Of a DNA stretch of 44,491 nucleotides, positions 9,116 to 19,154 are shown in pieces (position 1 is the stretch's first letter; every line of letters begins with the position of its first letter). The notes under the pieces are model-generated. The model was not told the origin of the DNA, did no database searches, and saw only the letters and a program-made list of their open reading frames with translations. The stretch covers positions 1 to 44,491 of the IMG/VR virus record IMGVR_UViG_3300048783_000025, one strand, 5' to 3'. The stretch is from a virus (Duplodnaviria; Caudoviricetes). A program made the position numbers and the translations under genes.

Positions 9116-10027
9116 TTACAGTAAAATCCGCACGTCGTCCCATTTGCCCGAAACTTGGCTGAACGGTGCCCGCTCGACCCTGGCGCCCGCGTACTGGTTG
9201 GTAGCAGGAACCACGACGTTCGCGTCGGTTGCCGAATAGATACTAGCGCCACCTCGCTCAATCCAAGCGGTGCCGTTCCGGATGCTGAGTGACATTACCT
9301 CGCCGTCTGTGATGTCGCCGCCGAGCGAAGTGTTACCGGGGCCGAGATCCGTGAAGGTGGGGTTGCCGTTTAGCGAAGTGGAAAACCGAGAGATAAAGAC
9401 CTTGTTGGCAAAGAAGTTGGCGCTAACGCCCTGGGTCCCAGCCGCGTTCGTGCAAACCTGGAGCCCACAGTCCGCGAATACGCTGGGACTCCGGATCGTG
9501 CCTTCAACCCGCATCTTGCCGGTCGCGGTCCCCGAGTCCCGGATCACGGCGGATGATTTGTCTGTTGCGCCGGTCATGTCTAGCCGATTCGACACGATCT
9601 GGGCTTCGGTACCGAGTGCCGTCCAGCCGTTAGCGGGCGCGCCATTCGCCCGGTTGAAATCATCGTAAAAGAAGCTGGCCCAAGTGTGTGCCGCCGAGGC
9701 AGTGGCTGCTGCCGCGATCGCGATTCCATTAACGTCGTTGATGCCGTTCGCGATATTGTCCAGGATGTCGGAGAGGGTGCTACCGACGATCGGTACCATA
9801 TCCATCGCGGTCGCCAGTACGTGCAGCGCTTCGGCTATCCGGTCATCCACGTCACCTTCACCGAGGAGGCCAGTGACCCAAGTCCCGATGTCGGTGTAAT
9901 CGCCATCCTCGATCCCAGTCAGGATCTCCACGAGGTCCCCGATTACGGCGATTCCACCGAGCTGGGTGACCAGCCCAGCGAGCAGCGCCGTGTTGACGTC
10001 CGGGGGTGGTGTTAGCCGGTGGATCAT
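9116..10027 (-). CDS. Minor tail protein
   Basis: DDFNRANG motif and lectin-like beta C-terminus. Confidence 0.65.
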   Translation of the reverse strand: MIHRLTPPPDVNTALLAGLVTQLGGIAVIGDLVEILTGIEDGDYTDIGTWVTGLLGEGDVDDRIAEALHVLATAMDMVPIVGSTLSDILDNIANGINDVNGIAIAAAATASAAHTWASFFYDDFNRANGAPANGWTALGTEAQIVSNRLDMTGATDKSSAVIRDSGTATGKMRVEGTIRSPSVFADCGLQVCTNAAGTQGVSANFFANKVFISRFSTSLNGNPTFTDLGPGNTSLGGDITDGEVMSLSIRNGTAWIERGGASIYSATDANVVVPATNQYAGARVERAPFSQVSGKWDDVRILL

Positions 10028-10440
10028 TTAGCCTCGGTTTCCCCTTCAACGGTGCTTGGCTGGTGAATTTCTCGGTGCTGAACGTTGATCAAAACATAGA
10101 AGCTATTGGCTCCAGCGAGGGCGAAGAACATAAACAACCAGTCGCGAACCTCGTTACGCCACTCCCACTGGCCGAACCAGAGCCCGCCGAGAATCCAGGC
10201 CGTCAGAACCGCGAACGAAACCTGCGACCAGAATTGCGCCCGGCCAGCGGGGGTCATAAACCACCGCGAACGCCGACCGTAGAGGAACGCGAATCCGGCC
10301 GAACTGATCGCGAGGACGGTGATGTAAATTAGCGAACTGATCTGCGTACTGACCGTGAGATTGATGATTACACCAGCCACCAAGAGCAGAATCAAGAGGC
10401 CCCGTTGTGTGGGACTCGCCTTATGGTACATTTCATCCAT
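10024..10440 (-). CDS. Membrane protein (about 4 TM), lysis cassette
   Basis: Four hydrophobic segments; downstream of the endolysin. Confidence 0.7.
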   Translation of the reverse strand: MDEMYHKASPTQRGLLILLLVAGVIINLTVSTQISSLIYITVLAISSAGFAFLYGRRSRWFMTPAGRAQFWSQVSFAVLTAWILGGLWFGQWEWRNEVRDWLFMFFALAGANSFYVLINVQHREIHQPSTVEGETEAK

Positions 10441-10663
10441 TCCCGCGCTGCGCCCTAAGCTGATAGCTGAGCATTAGCGACTCTCCATATCGGTTAGTCT
10501 TGCCCCGTTTGACTAAGAAGGTTGTGTCTTCTTGAATCTTAGCAGTTAGCGCGGCCTCGTGGGCGTGCGCCACCTCGGTTTTCTTGATGGCAATTTTCTG
10601 TTCGGCAATCTCCTTGGTTAGCTCGGAGGGATCAATCTTCTTCAATCGGCGCCAATGAAACAT
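10433..10663 (-). CDS. Hypothetical coiled-coil protein, lysis cassette
   Basis: 76 aa, overlaps the next gene. Confidence 0.6.
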   Translation of the reverse strand: MFHWRRLKKIDPSELTKEIAEQKIAIKKTEVAHAHEAALTAKIQEDTTFLVKRGKTNRYGESLMLSYQLRAQRGNG

Positions 10664-10667
10664 AAGC

Positions 10668-10961
10668 TTAAGGGCCTTCCGTGTTGATAGGTCCCTGTGG
10701 CAGCGCCCGGATTACGCGGGTGGTCTCGCGTCCCTGCTCCAGTAGCACGTCATTGTTTTTCTTCACAGTCTCAATGTAGTCCTCTAGGGTAACGATCCGG
10801 GCGTCCCTTGCGGCGTCCAGCCGGTCCCGGTCCTTGAACCGGGACTCTATCCAAGAGATCGGGATGAGCTTGCCTGTCCAAATTGCGGAGATCAAGCCAA
10901 GTACGACGCCAACCAGCAAAGTAACCGGCGCCGTCGTACTGAGCTGCAAGCCTTCGAGCAT
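10668..10961 (-). CDS. Membrane protein (1 TM plus coiled coil), lysis cassette
   Basis: N-terminal TM followed by GKLIP and a coiled coil. Confidence 0.65.
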   Translation of the reverse strand: MLEGLQLSTTAPVTLLVGVVLGLISAIWTGKLIPISWIESRFKDRDRLDAARDARIVTLEDYIETVKKNNDVLLEQGRETTRVIRALPQGPINTEGP

Positions 10962-10966
10962 GAGTC

Positions 10967-11257
10967 TTACTCCGGCTTCTGGTGGCGCCCAACGTAAGCC
11001 GCCTCGATCTCGTTGAGCTGGCGGTTGGTGAGGCCGTTCGGAGTCTTATAAACCCCGAGTGTGGTTAGAACTGCGATGACCACGAAACCCCATTTCTGGG
11101 CGTCATCTGGGACTTCGAATCCCAAGCTGGTGCCGAGCCACACTAGGCCCACGAGAGAGCCCACGGTGGCCGTTACGGTATTAGAAAACCGCTGATACCA
11201 GGGCTGCTTCCGGAGCAGTTCTTTGATCGGTTCCAGTGGATCGGTGGGAACAGTCAT
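10967..11257 (-). CDS. Holin
   Basis: 96 aa, two TM segments, LGVYKTPN motif, coupled to the endolysin stop. Confidence 0.75.
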   Translation of the reverse strand: MTVPTDPLEPIKELLRKQPWYQRFSNTVTATVGSLVGLVWLGTSLGFEVPDDAQKWGFVVIAVLTTLGVYKTPNGLTNRQLNEIEAAYVGRHQKPE

Positions 11258-12054
11258 TACGCTTTCCCCTCCAGCTTAGTCAGCCGGGCCTGGATATCAG
11301 CCTGGTTGTGGAGTACCTGGGCCAGCCCGTCGACAACGGTCTTGTTGTCGAGCTGCGGCCAGCCGGAGTATTCACCGGAATCGCGGGCACCAGCTCCAGC
11401 CAGCTGCTCGCGGATGTCCTTGACGTCGGACCCAATCGGTCCGCAGTATCCGGCTACGAAATCCGTGATCTGCTTAACTTCGGCTGCACTCATGGGCGCA
11501 TCTCCTCCTTGTCCGAACAACCGCACCACATCGGAGCGGAAGATATTCATGTCGATCGCGCCAGGGTCCCATTTGCCTTGTGCAGGACCGGCCCATTCTT
11601 TGTGCCCGATCGCGTGGGAGGCGGGCTGGTCGATCTTTTCAAGGATCGCGGATACGCCGAGAACGTAGGCGTTGTACTGCTCGTCGGACCAGCTGGACCG
11701 GTGCGGACGGCCGGGAGAACCACCACCATCGTTGGCGGCTTCAATCCCGATCGTATATTGGTTGGCCGCGTTGGCTGGCAGACCCGGCCACGAGCCCTGG
11801 CCCGCATGCCAGGCGACACCCGCACCACAGATGGTGTATTCACCCTGCGGGGAGAGGAAGAGCTGCGAGGCGAGGCCAAGCTCGGGATGGAAAGCGATAC
11901 TGTTCGCGGTCGCTCCAAATGAACCGGTGTGGTGGCACACCACTCCCCAGATGTTCCCGAAGTCACCGTGGCCGCGATCTCGCCAGCCAGCTACTTCGTG
12001 GACGACGAGGCCCTTAGCTCGTAAAACCTCGGGTAACCAGATTGGATCTCCCAT
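11257..12054 (-). CDS. Endolysin (Lysin A), N-acetylmuramoyl-L-alanine amidase
   Basis: Amidase_2 motifs HHTG, AWHAG, IGIE, GHKEW and KWDPG; AAGGAGG RBS before ATG 12054. Confidence 0.9.
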   Translation of the reverse strand: MGDPIWLPEVLRAKGLVVHEVAGWRDRGHGDFGNIWGVVCHHTGSFGATANSIAFHPELGLASQLFLSPQGEYTICGAGVAWHAGQGSWPGLPANAANQYTIGIEAANDGGGSPGRPHRSSWSDEQYNAYVLGVSAILEKIDQPASHAIGHKEWAGPAQGKWDPGAIDMNIFRSDVVRLFGQGGDAPMSAAEVKQITDFVAGYCGPIGSDVKDIREQLAGAGARDSGEYSGWPQLDNKTVVDGLAQVLHNQADIQARLTKLEGKA

Positions 12055-12095
12055 GAGGGGGCCTCCTTCGACGTGTACTGTCAGTATATCAGGCT

Positions 12096-13664
12096 TTACA
12101 CCGAGTTGGCGATGCCGCGAGTGAACTGTGATACATTCTTGAACTGACCGACTAGCCGTTCCCAAACCGATTTGGTCGGCTCGTCTGGCCCAAACGCCAC
12201 TGTCTCTAGCATTCGTTCGCCCGGCCGGTCGTTAATTTTCACCGAGGAGACGAAGTTCTCAACCCGCTGGCCCCGGTCCCAGAAAGTCATGATGTCGCCG
12301 GGCAGGTAACGGCGGTGAATGCCGTCATCTTCTCCGAACTGGAAGCCCCGGCCATCCGGTCCGCCCGACACCACGGTGATGCTGATCGAGTCTTCTCCGG
12401 AAGCCTTCTTGAGCGCGTCCTGGCCGACTGCGAACGAATCCATGGCCCATGCGGCGGAGTTGTCCCCGAATACCTCCCCGAAGAAGTGTTCCCCGTCGTC
12501 TCCGCCGAACGAGCCGAACTCGTCGGACATGGTTAGCGGCTCGGGGTTTTCGAATCCCTGGTAGGCAAAGAAGATATTATCGAATAAGTCTCCAACGACG
12601 ATGCCGCCCACGCCGGGCAATCCCATGGCAGTGGTGATAGCTGCGGCCAGCGCCTGAATAGCGAGGTTGGCCGCCCACTCAATACCTTTGTTCACCATAT
12701 CGGGAGATTTACCACCAACGATCACCTGCAGCGCGTCCAGATGCCGGACATTGCGCTCGTACTCCTCGATCCAGCCGGAGTCGGTACGCCACTCCATCCA
12801 CTGACGGGGACGCTGGGTGTGGGTATCGAACACATACCCCGCGTCCTTAGTGATTTTCCCCCAGCTGGCCGGATCGGGCAGGGCCAGTGGGTTGCCTGCG
12901 TTGTCGAATCGCAGGAAGTTATCGAAATCGAACGACCCAAGTAAGACGCCCAAGATGCCGAGCGACCGGGCGTTAAAAACCTCAGGGGATGGACCGTCGG
13001 CTTTGGTCCAGAGATCCATTGACAAGCCCAGATCGAGATTATCGACGGACTGTTTGTAGGCTTCGTCTAGCGGAGGGAAACGACATTGGATGCCAATTAG
13101 ACCGACATCCGCGATTAACCCGAGCAATTCTTCCAGGTCGGATATGTCGGTGATGTTCGGTAGTTCGGGCACATCGTATTTAAGCGGGAGGGCGCAGTAG
13201 ATCGGGCGGCTCATGCGCGTCCAGTTTTTCGCCGCGAAATATTTGAACACGAAATCCGGGGGACCGATCATCATGTCTTGTTTGCCGGTGAGCGCGATCT
13301 GGACTTCCGGCGGAAATAATGGCTGGACCCACGCCAGCGTACGTAGAAGCCAGAACAGGTAGCCCACCCCAACGAGAGTGATCCGTTCCTGGCCCGGCCT
13401 GCCCTTCACTTTGGAATTCATGAGCCGACCGACCCACTTTTTACCGTTGCGCCAGGTCCGGATGTGGATTACGCGATACCGGCAATTAACTAGATATCCG
13501 GCCATCGGGTGGTCTGGTTTAATTTCCAGCTGCAGCGTGCCGGGTACGTTCCAGAAATAACCGACTTCCGCCTCAGTATACGATCCGAGGGGGCGCCAGA
13601 CTCGCGCGTCCGGGGAGCCGATTTCAAAAACGAACGCCTGTTCTTCGATCTTGTTCGCTAGCAT
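12096..13664 (-). CDS. Minor tail protein (baseplate hub, Gp37-like)
   Basis: 522 aa, second gene after tape measure; GGKSP and FFAYQ motifs seen in Corynebacteriales phages. Confidence 0.8.
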   Translation of the reverse strand: MLANKIEEQAFVFEIGSPDARVWRPLGSYTEAEVGYFWNVPGTLQLEIKPDHPMAGYLVNCRYRVIHIRTWRNGKKWVGRLMNSKVKGRPGQERITLVGVGYLFWLLRTLAWVQPLFPPEVQIALTGKQDMMIGPPDFVFKYFAAKNWTRMSRPIYCALPLKYDVPELPNITDISDLEELLGLIADVGLIGIQCRFPPLDEAYKQSVDNLDLGLSMDLWTKADGPSPEVFNARSLGILGVLLGSFDFDNFLRFDNAGNPLALPDPASWGKITKDAGYVFDTHTQRPRQWMEWRTDSGWIEEYERNVRHLDALQVIVGGKSPDMVNKGIEWAANLAIQALAAAITTAMGLPGVGGIVVGDLFDNIFFAYQGFENPEPLTMSDEFGSFGGDDGEHFFGEVFGDNSAAWAMDSFAVGQDALKKASGEDSISITVVSGGPDGRGFQFGEDDGIHRRYLPGDIMTFWDRGQRVENFVSSVKINDRPGERMLETVAFGPDEPTKSVWERLVGQFKNVSQFTRGIANSV

Positions 13665-14530
13665 CAGGCCGCCCCGTAATGGAAGAGCTGCGGGAGCTCA
13701 ACCTCGATCTTCGTGTTAGCTCCGGTGCTGGTTCCACCAAGTGTGAGCGGCACGCCGCGCGGAGTGAGTTCGGGGGCCTTAACATACCAGCCGTGGACGT
13801 CGAGATTCCACCAGATATCTTCATTGTCGTTGTTCCAGATATATGCGAACTCGGGGTCGGTCTGAAACGTGTATTTAGTCCCATCGGCAATGACTAAATT
13901 CGCACCCGTCTTGAGTTTAACAGTGACCGACTCCCCGGCGATCCCAAGAACCGGGTTAGTGATCGGACCGTGCACCGTGAACTTCGGCCAGCTGCTGACA
14001 TCACCCCGGTTTGGGATTTTAGCTCCCGCGAAATCGGCAGGTGCGAATATCCGGGTTTTTGGTTTCTGCCGGAACCAGGTCTCGTCGGACCGGAGCTGGA
14101 ACGTCTCGCGAGCGTACCCCACGTTCCAGAGTAGACTCACCACCTCGTCCGAAGGGGCCGCTTCGCCCATCTGCCTGACCTGCTGGAAGCGCCGTCCGCC
14201 GTTTCCGGAGTCGATGTAGAACTCATTGACCTTGCGGCCCCGGCCAAGCGCCTTGAGCCAAGCGAAATAATAGGACACGGCCTCGTCGCCCGGAGGCATG
14301 GGGCCAAAATGGACGTCCAGGGTGTGAATCGTCGGGCCGTCATCCTGGCCAAACCAGGTAACACCCGCCTGGCCCCGGTTTGCCCGGTCCACTGGCTCAA
14401 ACGTGCCGCCAGTGATGCCGCTCGGGGTGCGCGCGAGGCGCACGTGAGGGCCGTTGTCGGGCTGGCGATTGGGTTCCCCGAACTCCCATTCGGACTTGTC
14501 CCAGCATTTGAGCGAGTAAAGTACGGCCAT
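13664..14530 (-). CDS. Distal tail protein
   Basis: Directly after tape measure; NRGDVSSWPKFTVHGP motif. Confidence 0.75.
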   Translation of the reverse strand: MAVLYSLKCWDKSEWEFGEPNRQPDNGPHVRLARTPSGITGGTFEPVDRANRGQAGVTWFGQDDGPTIHTLDVHFGPMPPGDEAVSYYFAWLKALGRGRKVNEFYIDSGNGGRRFQQVRQMGEAAPSDEVVSLLWNVGYARETFQLRSDETWFRQKPKTRIFAPADFAGAKIPNRGDVSSWPKFTVHGPITNPVLGIAGESVTVKLKTGANLVIADGTKYTFQTDPEFAYIWNNDNEDIWWNLDVHGWYVKAPELTPRGVPLTLGGTSTGANTKIEVELPQLFHYGAA

Positions 14531-17500
14531 TATCGCGACCCCATCTGAATCGTGGGCATCTGGAGCCCGCCCTGTCCGCCCCTAAATTGCTGGATCATCT
14601 GTTCCAGGATCTTGCGGATGTCGCCCGAGTATTCGATTTTAATCGGCGGGTTGCCGGTGTTTTTGGCGATCTCGTCTAGCTTCTTAATCAGCTGGTCCAT
14701 TCCGGGCAGGGAGTTGGCTCCAGTGTCAATGCCCGAGCCGGCAAGGTCGCCTAGCGTGAGCGATCCGGAGCCCAGCATCCCCGGTATGTGGCCAAACGCC
14801 GAGGCGACTGACATTGCCCCGCCAACTCCGAGCGCCGCGAAATCGTACGCGTTGTGTGGTCCCCACTTATAGTCATCCGCGTGGTTGCTGTATCCACCGA
14901 ATCCGCCCATCGCGAACCGCGCGGCTCCGGTCGGAACCAGCTGGTAACCGAACTGGCGGGCGGTGGCCGAAAGAATGCCGGTGGCGCGGCCCCGGCGATC
15001 CATGGCGTGTGGGATATAAGACTCTCCCCCGGCCTCCGGTTCGTTCCAGACGCGCACCCCCTGTGTCGACCCCAAGATCTGCGGCTCCATGCCTCCCTGG
15101 GCAAAGAAGGTGGCCGAAACACGTGCTTTCGGATCGCCACCCCCCAGTTGAGCGGGCCAGTTGGTGACGTAAACTCGCGCACCATCGCCAGCGGTACCAG
15201 CAGACTTGGCTGCGGCGGCCATCGCTTCCGGGCTTCCGGGCATCACCCCTGGTGAGGTGGTGTTACCGCTGCCTGGCCCGACCGAAGGAGCCATAACGAT
15301 GTGCATGATGTTCGGGAATCCCTTGGCACCCTGGGCTTTACCGCCAAACTGGCCGTTGCCACGAGCGCCACCCATCTCTACGTTAACACCGCTCGGCATG
15401 GTTATTGCCGTGTGACCGCCGCCCGGCATGTTTGGATCGTTTACCCAGCCGACATTAAGCGCGCCGTCCATCCAGCCGGGCTTGGCCCCGCGTGCGGACA
15501 AGGCTTCTTCCTCATTGCCGGTAGCAAATCGGCCCCCCTTGTCGGGGTCGCCGTTGACGGCCATATTGACGATGCGAGCCACTGCCCCCGAACAATCCGT
15601 GTTCCAGCCGTCGCCCCACCCGCCGAAGACGTATTTGGCGCCCTCAATACCTTGCGCGGCCCGATCAAACGAAGCCATATCGGTGATGCCACCCAGTGCC
15701 ATTGGGACGAGCTGCATGCCGAACATGTCGGCCACGGTGCCGAGCAGCTGTGTTGACCGGCTGCGCTTGTCCTTGCCAAGGGGGATAAACGCCTCGGGTC
15801 CGGCCTCGGCCCACTGGTAGACCGTGCTGTTGGCGATCTTCGCCTGGCCTGGTTTCTCGATACCACCCTGTGCGCGGGGCTGAGAGGTAACCAGAGGACC
15901 AAACTGGCCGGGGGGTGCCGGTGTTTGATTGGCGAAGCCCGGTACTAGCGGGTTTTGCACTAAGGTCGGGATAACATTTACCCCGACTTTGCGGCCGTTG
16001 TTAGTTGCAATAAAGTCATCCAGGGTTTTCTGACCCTCGCCCGTGTTCGAGACGACCTTAAATTGGCCGTTCGGAAGCGTCTCTAGCCGGAGGCCCAGTG
16101 CGTTGAGCTGTGTCACTACATCGGGCGCGTTCGAATTGATGATTACGTCTTTGCCGTTGGGCAGCGTTACCATCGCTTGCCCAAACGCAAGAGTGAGCCT
16201 GGCCGCGTTGGCCGCCTGCTCGCCACCCCTGGCGAATCCATTGCGGGCGTTCTCCAATGGACCGAGTGCCCCGTCGATGGCGGCCTTGGTCGCGTCGAGT
16301 GCGCCAGGTACTTTCTGGACCTGCTCGCCGTACCAAACGGCGGCTTTGCCGGCGCCTTCCATGGCCTCGCCTATTTTGCCCATTCCGGGCAGATGCTTGA
16401 CGAGACTGCCCAACTGCTCACCAAACCCACCGAACAACTTAATGGCGGACCCAATTGTGGGCGCCACCATGCTGTACCAATCCGACAGCAACCCAACCGT
16501 GCCGGAGGCGAACTTACCGAAACCAATCAGCGTATCTAACACCACCACGCCTAGGCCGGTGAAGAACTCGATGATTTCGGCCTGGTGAGTGGATACCCAC
16601 TTGCCGAGCTTATCCAGCGCGGGACCAAATGCCTCCGCCAACGAAACTTTAACGCCATTGCCGACCACTTCCAGCGACCGCATGGTCGACAGGATCGATG
16701 CCTGGCCGGTCGAGCCCATGATGTCGGATGCTTTTTTGGCCGCTCCGGTGAACTCACCGAAATCGGCTACGGCTTTGCTGGGGTCCCAGTTAACGAACGC
16801 GTCGATGAAGTCACCAGCGGTATCACCGAGGATTTCCTGAGCGACGGCGGCTCGGTCCAGAGGGTCCTTGATGTTGCGAATCGAGTCGAACAACTTATCA
16901 AAGGCGTCCTCCCCGACCTTGCCCCCCTCCTTGAGCTGATCAAACAGCTCCTGAGCGGGCAAACCGGCCTTGGTGATTGCTCCCTTGATCTTATCCGGGT
17001 CTTCTATCATCCGACGACCAAATTCACGGAGCGCGTCGGATGCGCGGTCGGTGTTGTCCACGCCATTATCGAGGGCCTGGTTGATCAACGACAGCGCGAA
17101 TTTGCCACTGAATCCGGCGTTTTTCCAGCCGTTCGAATATTCCTTGATCGAATCGGTTAGGTCCTCGGTCGCACCCTGATTGTGGCTCGCGGCGTTGGCG
17201 ATCAGGTCCAAAGCCTCGGTCGCGTCGTTTGCGAGACCGTTTTTGATCAGAGCATTAACGGCCTTGAGGGTGTCGGTGGTTTCGCCGCCCAGCAAGCTAT
17301 TAACCGTGTCGACGGAATTAGCGAAGTTGGTCATTTCGCTAGTCGATGCCTTAAGCGGTAAAAGCCCGGTTTGCATGGCCCGCGCTAGAATCTCTTGCTG
17401 GCCCGCGATCGATTCACCAAATGCTTGCTTATAGGAGTCACCGGCCGCCGTGCCGATTTTGCGCATGGTCTGATCATCAAGATTAAATTTGGCCTGCAAG

Positions 17501-18018
17501 TTCGCGTTGGCCTGCTTGATCTCCAGTCCCTCGGAGATGCCCTTCGCGAGCAGCGCCCCCGCCGCGACGCCGACTGCCGCCACCCCCACGAGAGCCATAG
17601 CAACGGGGCCGCCCTTACCGCCCATACCTTTGATCTTCCCCATGAGGCCGCCCTGCATGCCTTCACCGAGGTTTTCACCCGCGCGTTCACCCTGGCGCGT
17701 GGTGTCCTGCAGCTGGTCCGTTAGCCGCGCCAGGTCCCGCTGGATGTCTGGGGGAACCGCGATCCGCCGCATCGCCGTGGAGGTGTCCGCCGCCGAGCGG
17801 GAGGCCCGCTCCAGGTATTGCTGGATTTCTTGGACCCGCTGGGCCGACAACCCCGCCGACCGGCCCGCCTGCCGGAGCGACTGGTCAGTCTGGTTACCTG
17901 AATCCTGCGCCACCCGCGCCAGACGCTGCATCTGCGTCTGGGATAGCTGAACTCCGCGAGAAAACTGGGTCTGGTCCAAGGTGAGCTGGGCGGTCAGATC
18001 ACCAATGTTAAGACTCAC
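14530..18018 (-). CDS. Tape measure protein with C-terminal NlpC/P60-like peptidase domain
   Basis: 1162 aa, Ala/Gly-rich helical; YVFGG..DCSG..GHTA..VEMGG near the C-terminus. Confidence 0.92.
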   Translation of the reverse strand: MSLNIGDLTAQLTLDQTQFSRGVQLSQTQMQRLARVAQDSGNQTDQSLRQAGRSAGLSAQRVQEIQQYLERASRSAADTSTAMRRIAVPPDIQRDLARLTDQLQDTTRQGERAGENLGEGMQGGLMGKIKGMGGKGGPVAMALVGVAAVGVAAGALLAKGISEGLEIKQANANLQAKFNLDDQTMRKIGTAAGDSYKQAFGESIAGQQEILARAMQTGLLPLKASTSEMTNFANSVDTVNSLLGGETTDTLKAVNALIKNGLANDATEALDLIANAASHNQGATEDLTDSIKEYSNGWKNAGFSGKFALSLINQALDNGVDNTDRASDALREFGRRMIEDPDKIKGAITKAGLPAQELFDQLKEGGKVGEDAFDKLFDSIRNIKDPLDRAAVAQEILGDTAGDFIDAFVNWDPSKAVADFGEFTGAAKKASDIMGSTGQASILSTMRSLEVVGNGVKVSLAEAFGPALDKLGKWVSTHQAEIIEFFTGLGVVVLDTLIGFGKFASGTVGLLSDWYSMVAPTIGSAIKLFGGFGEQLGSLVKHLPGMGKIGEAMEGAGKAAVWYGEQVQKVPGALDATKAAIDGALGPLENARNGFARGGEQAANAARLTLAFGQAMVTLPNGKDVIINSNAPDVVTQLNALGLRLETLPNGQFKVVSNTGEGQKTLDDFIATNNGRKVGVNVIPTLVQNPLVPGFANQTPAPPGQFGPLVTSQPRAQGGIEKPGQAKIANSTVYQWAEAGPEAFIPLGKDKRSRSTQLLGTVADMFGMQLVPMALGGITDMASFDRAAQGIEGAKYVFGGWGDGWNTDCSGAVARIVNMAVNGDPDKGGRFATGNEEEALSARGAKPGWMDGALNVGWVNDPNMPGGGHTAITMPSGVNVEMGGARGNGQFGGKAQGAKGFPNIMHIVMAPSVGPGSGNTTSPGVMPGSPEAMAAAAKSAGTAGDGARVYVTNWPAQLGGGDPKARVSATFFAQGGMEPQILGSTQGVRVWNEPEAGGESYIPHAMDRRGRATGILSATARQFGYQLVPTGAARFAMGGFGGYSNHADDYKWGPHNAYDFAALGVGGAMSVASAFGHIPGMLGSGSLTLGDLAGSGIDTGANSLPGMDQLIKKLDEIAKNTGNPPIKIEYSGDIRKILEQMIQQFRGGQGGLQMPTIQMGSR

Positions 18019-18373
18019 TTGGCAGCACCTTTCGGCTCAGGTGCTCGATCAGATCAGCGGGCATGGCCGACGCGAGCGAGGCTGCCTGCCAGTAGACTTC
18101 CCCCATCTGCACGGAATGACCGAAATAGACCATCGCGGTCCGGCCGCAATGCTGGATCTCGGTCCATTTGAGTCCGTCCGCCACCATCTCCTCAACAACC
18201 GGTGGCGTCAGATAATAAAGCGCCTCGTCGGTGAGCTGGAGGATACCCATGTTGTCGGATACCAAATCCGGCAGGCGCGCGCCATCTTCGGCGCTGGGCT
18301 CGGGAATCTCGTAAACCTTGCCGCGCACTGGTAGCCGGAGCTGGGGCCGGTAAATCTCGTTCAAGTCCCGCAC
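18008..18373 (-). CDS. Second tail assembly chaperone paralogue
   Basis: LRLPVRGKVYEIPEPSAEDG aligns with LRLPVGDKVYVIPCPTAEDG of 18702-19151. Confidence 0.7.
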   Translation of the reverse strand: MRDLNEIYRPQLRLPVRGKVYEIPEPSAEDGARLPDLVSDNMGILQLTDEALYYLTPPVVEEMVADGLKWTEIQHCGRTAMVYFGHSVQMGEVYWQAASLASAMPADLIEHLSRKVLPSES

Positions 18374-18402
18374 GGGCTCGCCTCTCCGCTGTTCCTACCA
18401 GT

Positions 18403-18828
18403 CTACCCCGGCCGGGACATTTTTAGCGATAGGCGCGAGGCTGGACTAGAAGTGACTACCTTTACTAGAGAATTTAACCATTCGAGGGATCGTTCTTTCA
18501 AAATACCGGAAGCAAGATCGATCCCGAATAGAGCGAGAAAGTCGGCCTGAATCAGGTCCCAGTGGGTGAGGATATCGAGCCACGTGATGGTGCTCTTTGC
18601 CGTCTCCGTGCCTTTCGGCGGGTCTGGCGCGTGGTGAACGGGGTTGTACCACATCCGGGACCCGAGCGCCTCTCCGTTGGCCTCCTGGTCGGGCAGCGGC
18701 CCTATCCACGGGCCTCCGCCGGGATCCCAGTCTCCGTAGAATCCGGGGAGGCTAGAATCTTTTGGCGCATCCGGTTCAGCGCCCCCACTATCCGCATTTT
18801 CGCCGGAGGTGGAGGCACTGGATTTCCC
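18403..18828 (-). CDS. Tail assembly chaperone, -1 frameshifted extension (gpGT-like)
   Basis: Open -1 frame after GGGAAAT; WDLIQADFLALFGIDL motif typical of the T domain. Confidence 0.75.
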   Translation of the reverse strand, partial: GKSSASTSGENADSGGAEPDAPKDSSLPGFYGDWDPGGGPWIGPLPDQEANGEALGSRMWYNPVHHAPDPPKGTETAKSTITWLDILTHWDLIQADFLALFGIDLASGILKERSLEWLNSLVKVVTSSPASRLSLKMSRPG

Positions 18829-19151
18829 AGGATATCGTCGAGACCCCTCTCCCAAAACAGCTCAGCTGCTTCGGGACCGTAACCGTAGTGCACTAGGCCG
18901 GTACGGGCGATATGGCAGATCTTGGGCCAGCTCTGTTCGTGCTGCAGCCGGTCCCAAAGTTCTTTGCCACACAAACTCTTAAGCGTTTTGAGCTCTTCGG
19001 CGTTGTCCATGGACTCGCCGGTGAGCAATCGCGCCTTAAGCTTTAAACCATCCTCGGCCGTGGGACAAGGGATCACATAAACCTTGTCTCCGACCGGGAG
19101 CCGCAGATCTGGATCGAAAAACGATTCCAGAGCTGCGAACCCATCGGCCAC
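18702..19151 (-). CDS. Tail assembly chaperone (gpG-like)
   Basis: Follows the major tail gene and contains the slippery site. Confidence 0.8.
   Translation of the reverse strand: MADGFAALESFFDPDLRLPVGDKVYVIPCPTAEDGLKLKARLLTGESMDNAEELKTLKSLCGKELWDRLQHEQSWPKICHIARTGLVHYGYGPEAAELFWERGLDDILGNPVPPPPAKMRIVGALNRMRQKILASPDSTETGIPAEARG
18822..18828 (-). promoter_or_regulatory. -1 ribosomal slippery heptamer G GGA AAT
   Basis: X XXY YYZ in the correct phase (L-G-N shifts to G-K-S). Confidence 0.7.
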
Positions 19152-19154
19152 GAC

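Noticed and set aside
12055-12165. N-terminal extension of the endolysin in the ORF track
   Set aside because: Overlaps the tail gene; a strong RBS supports ATG 12054
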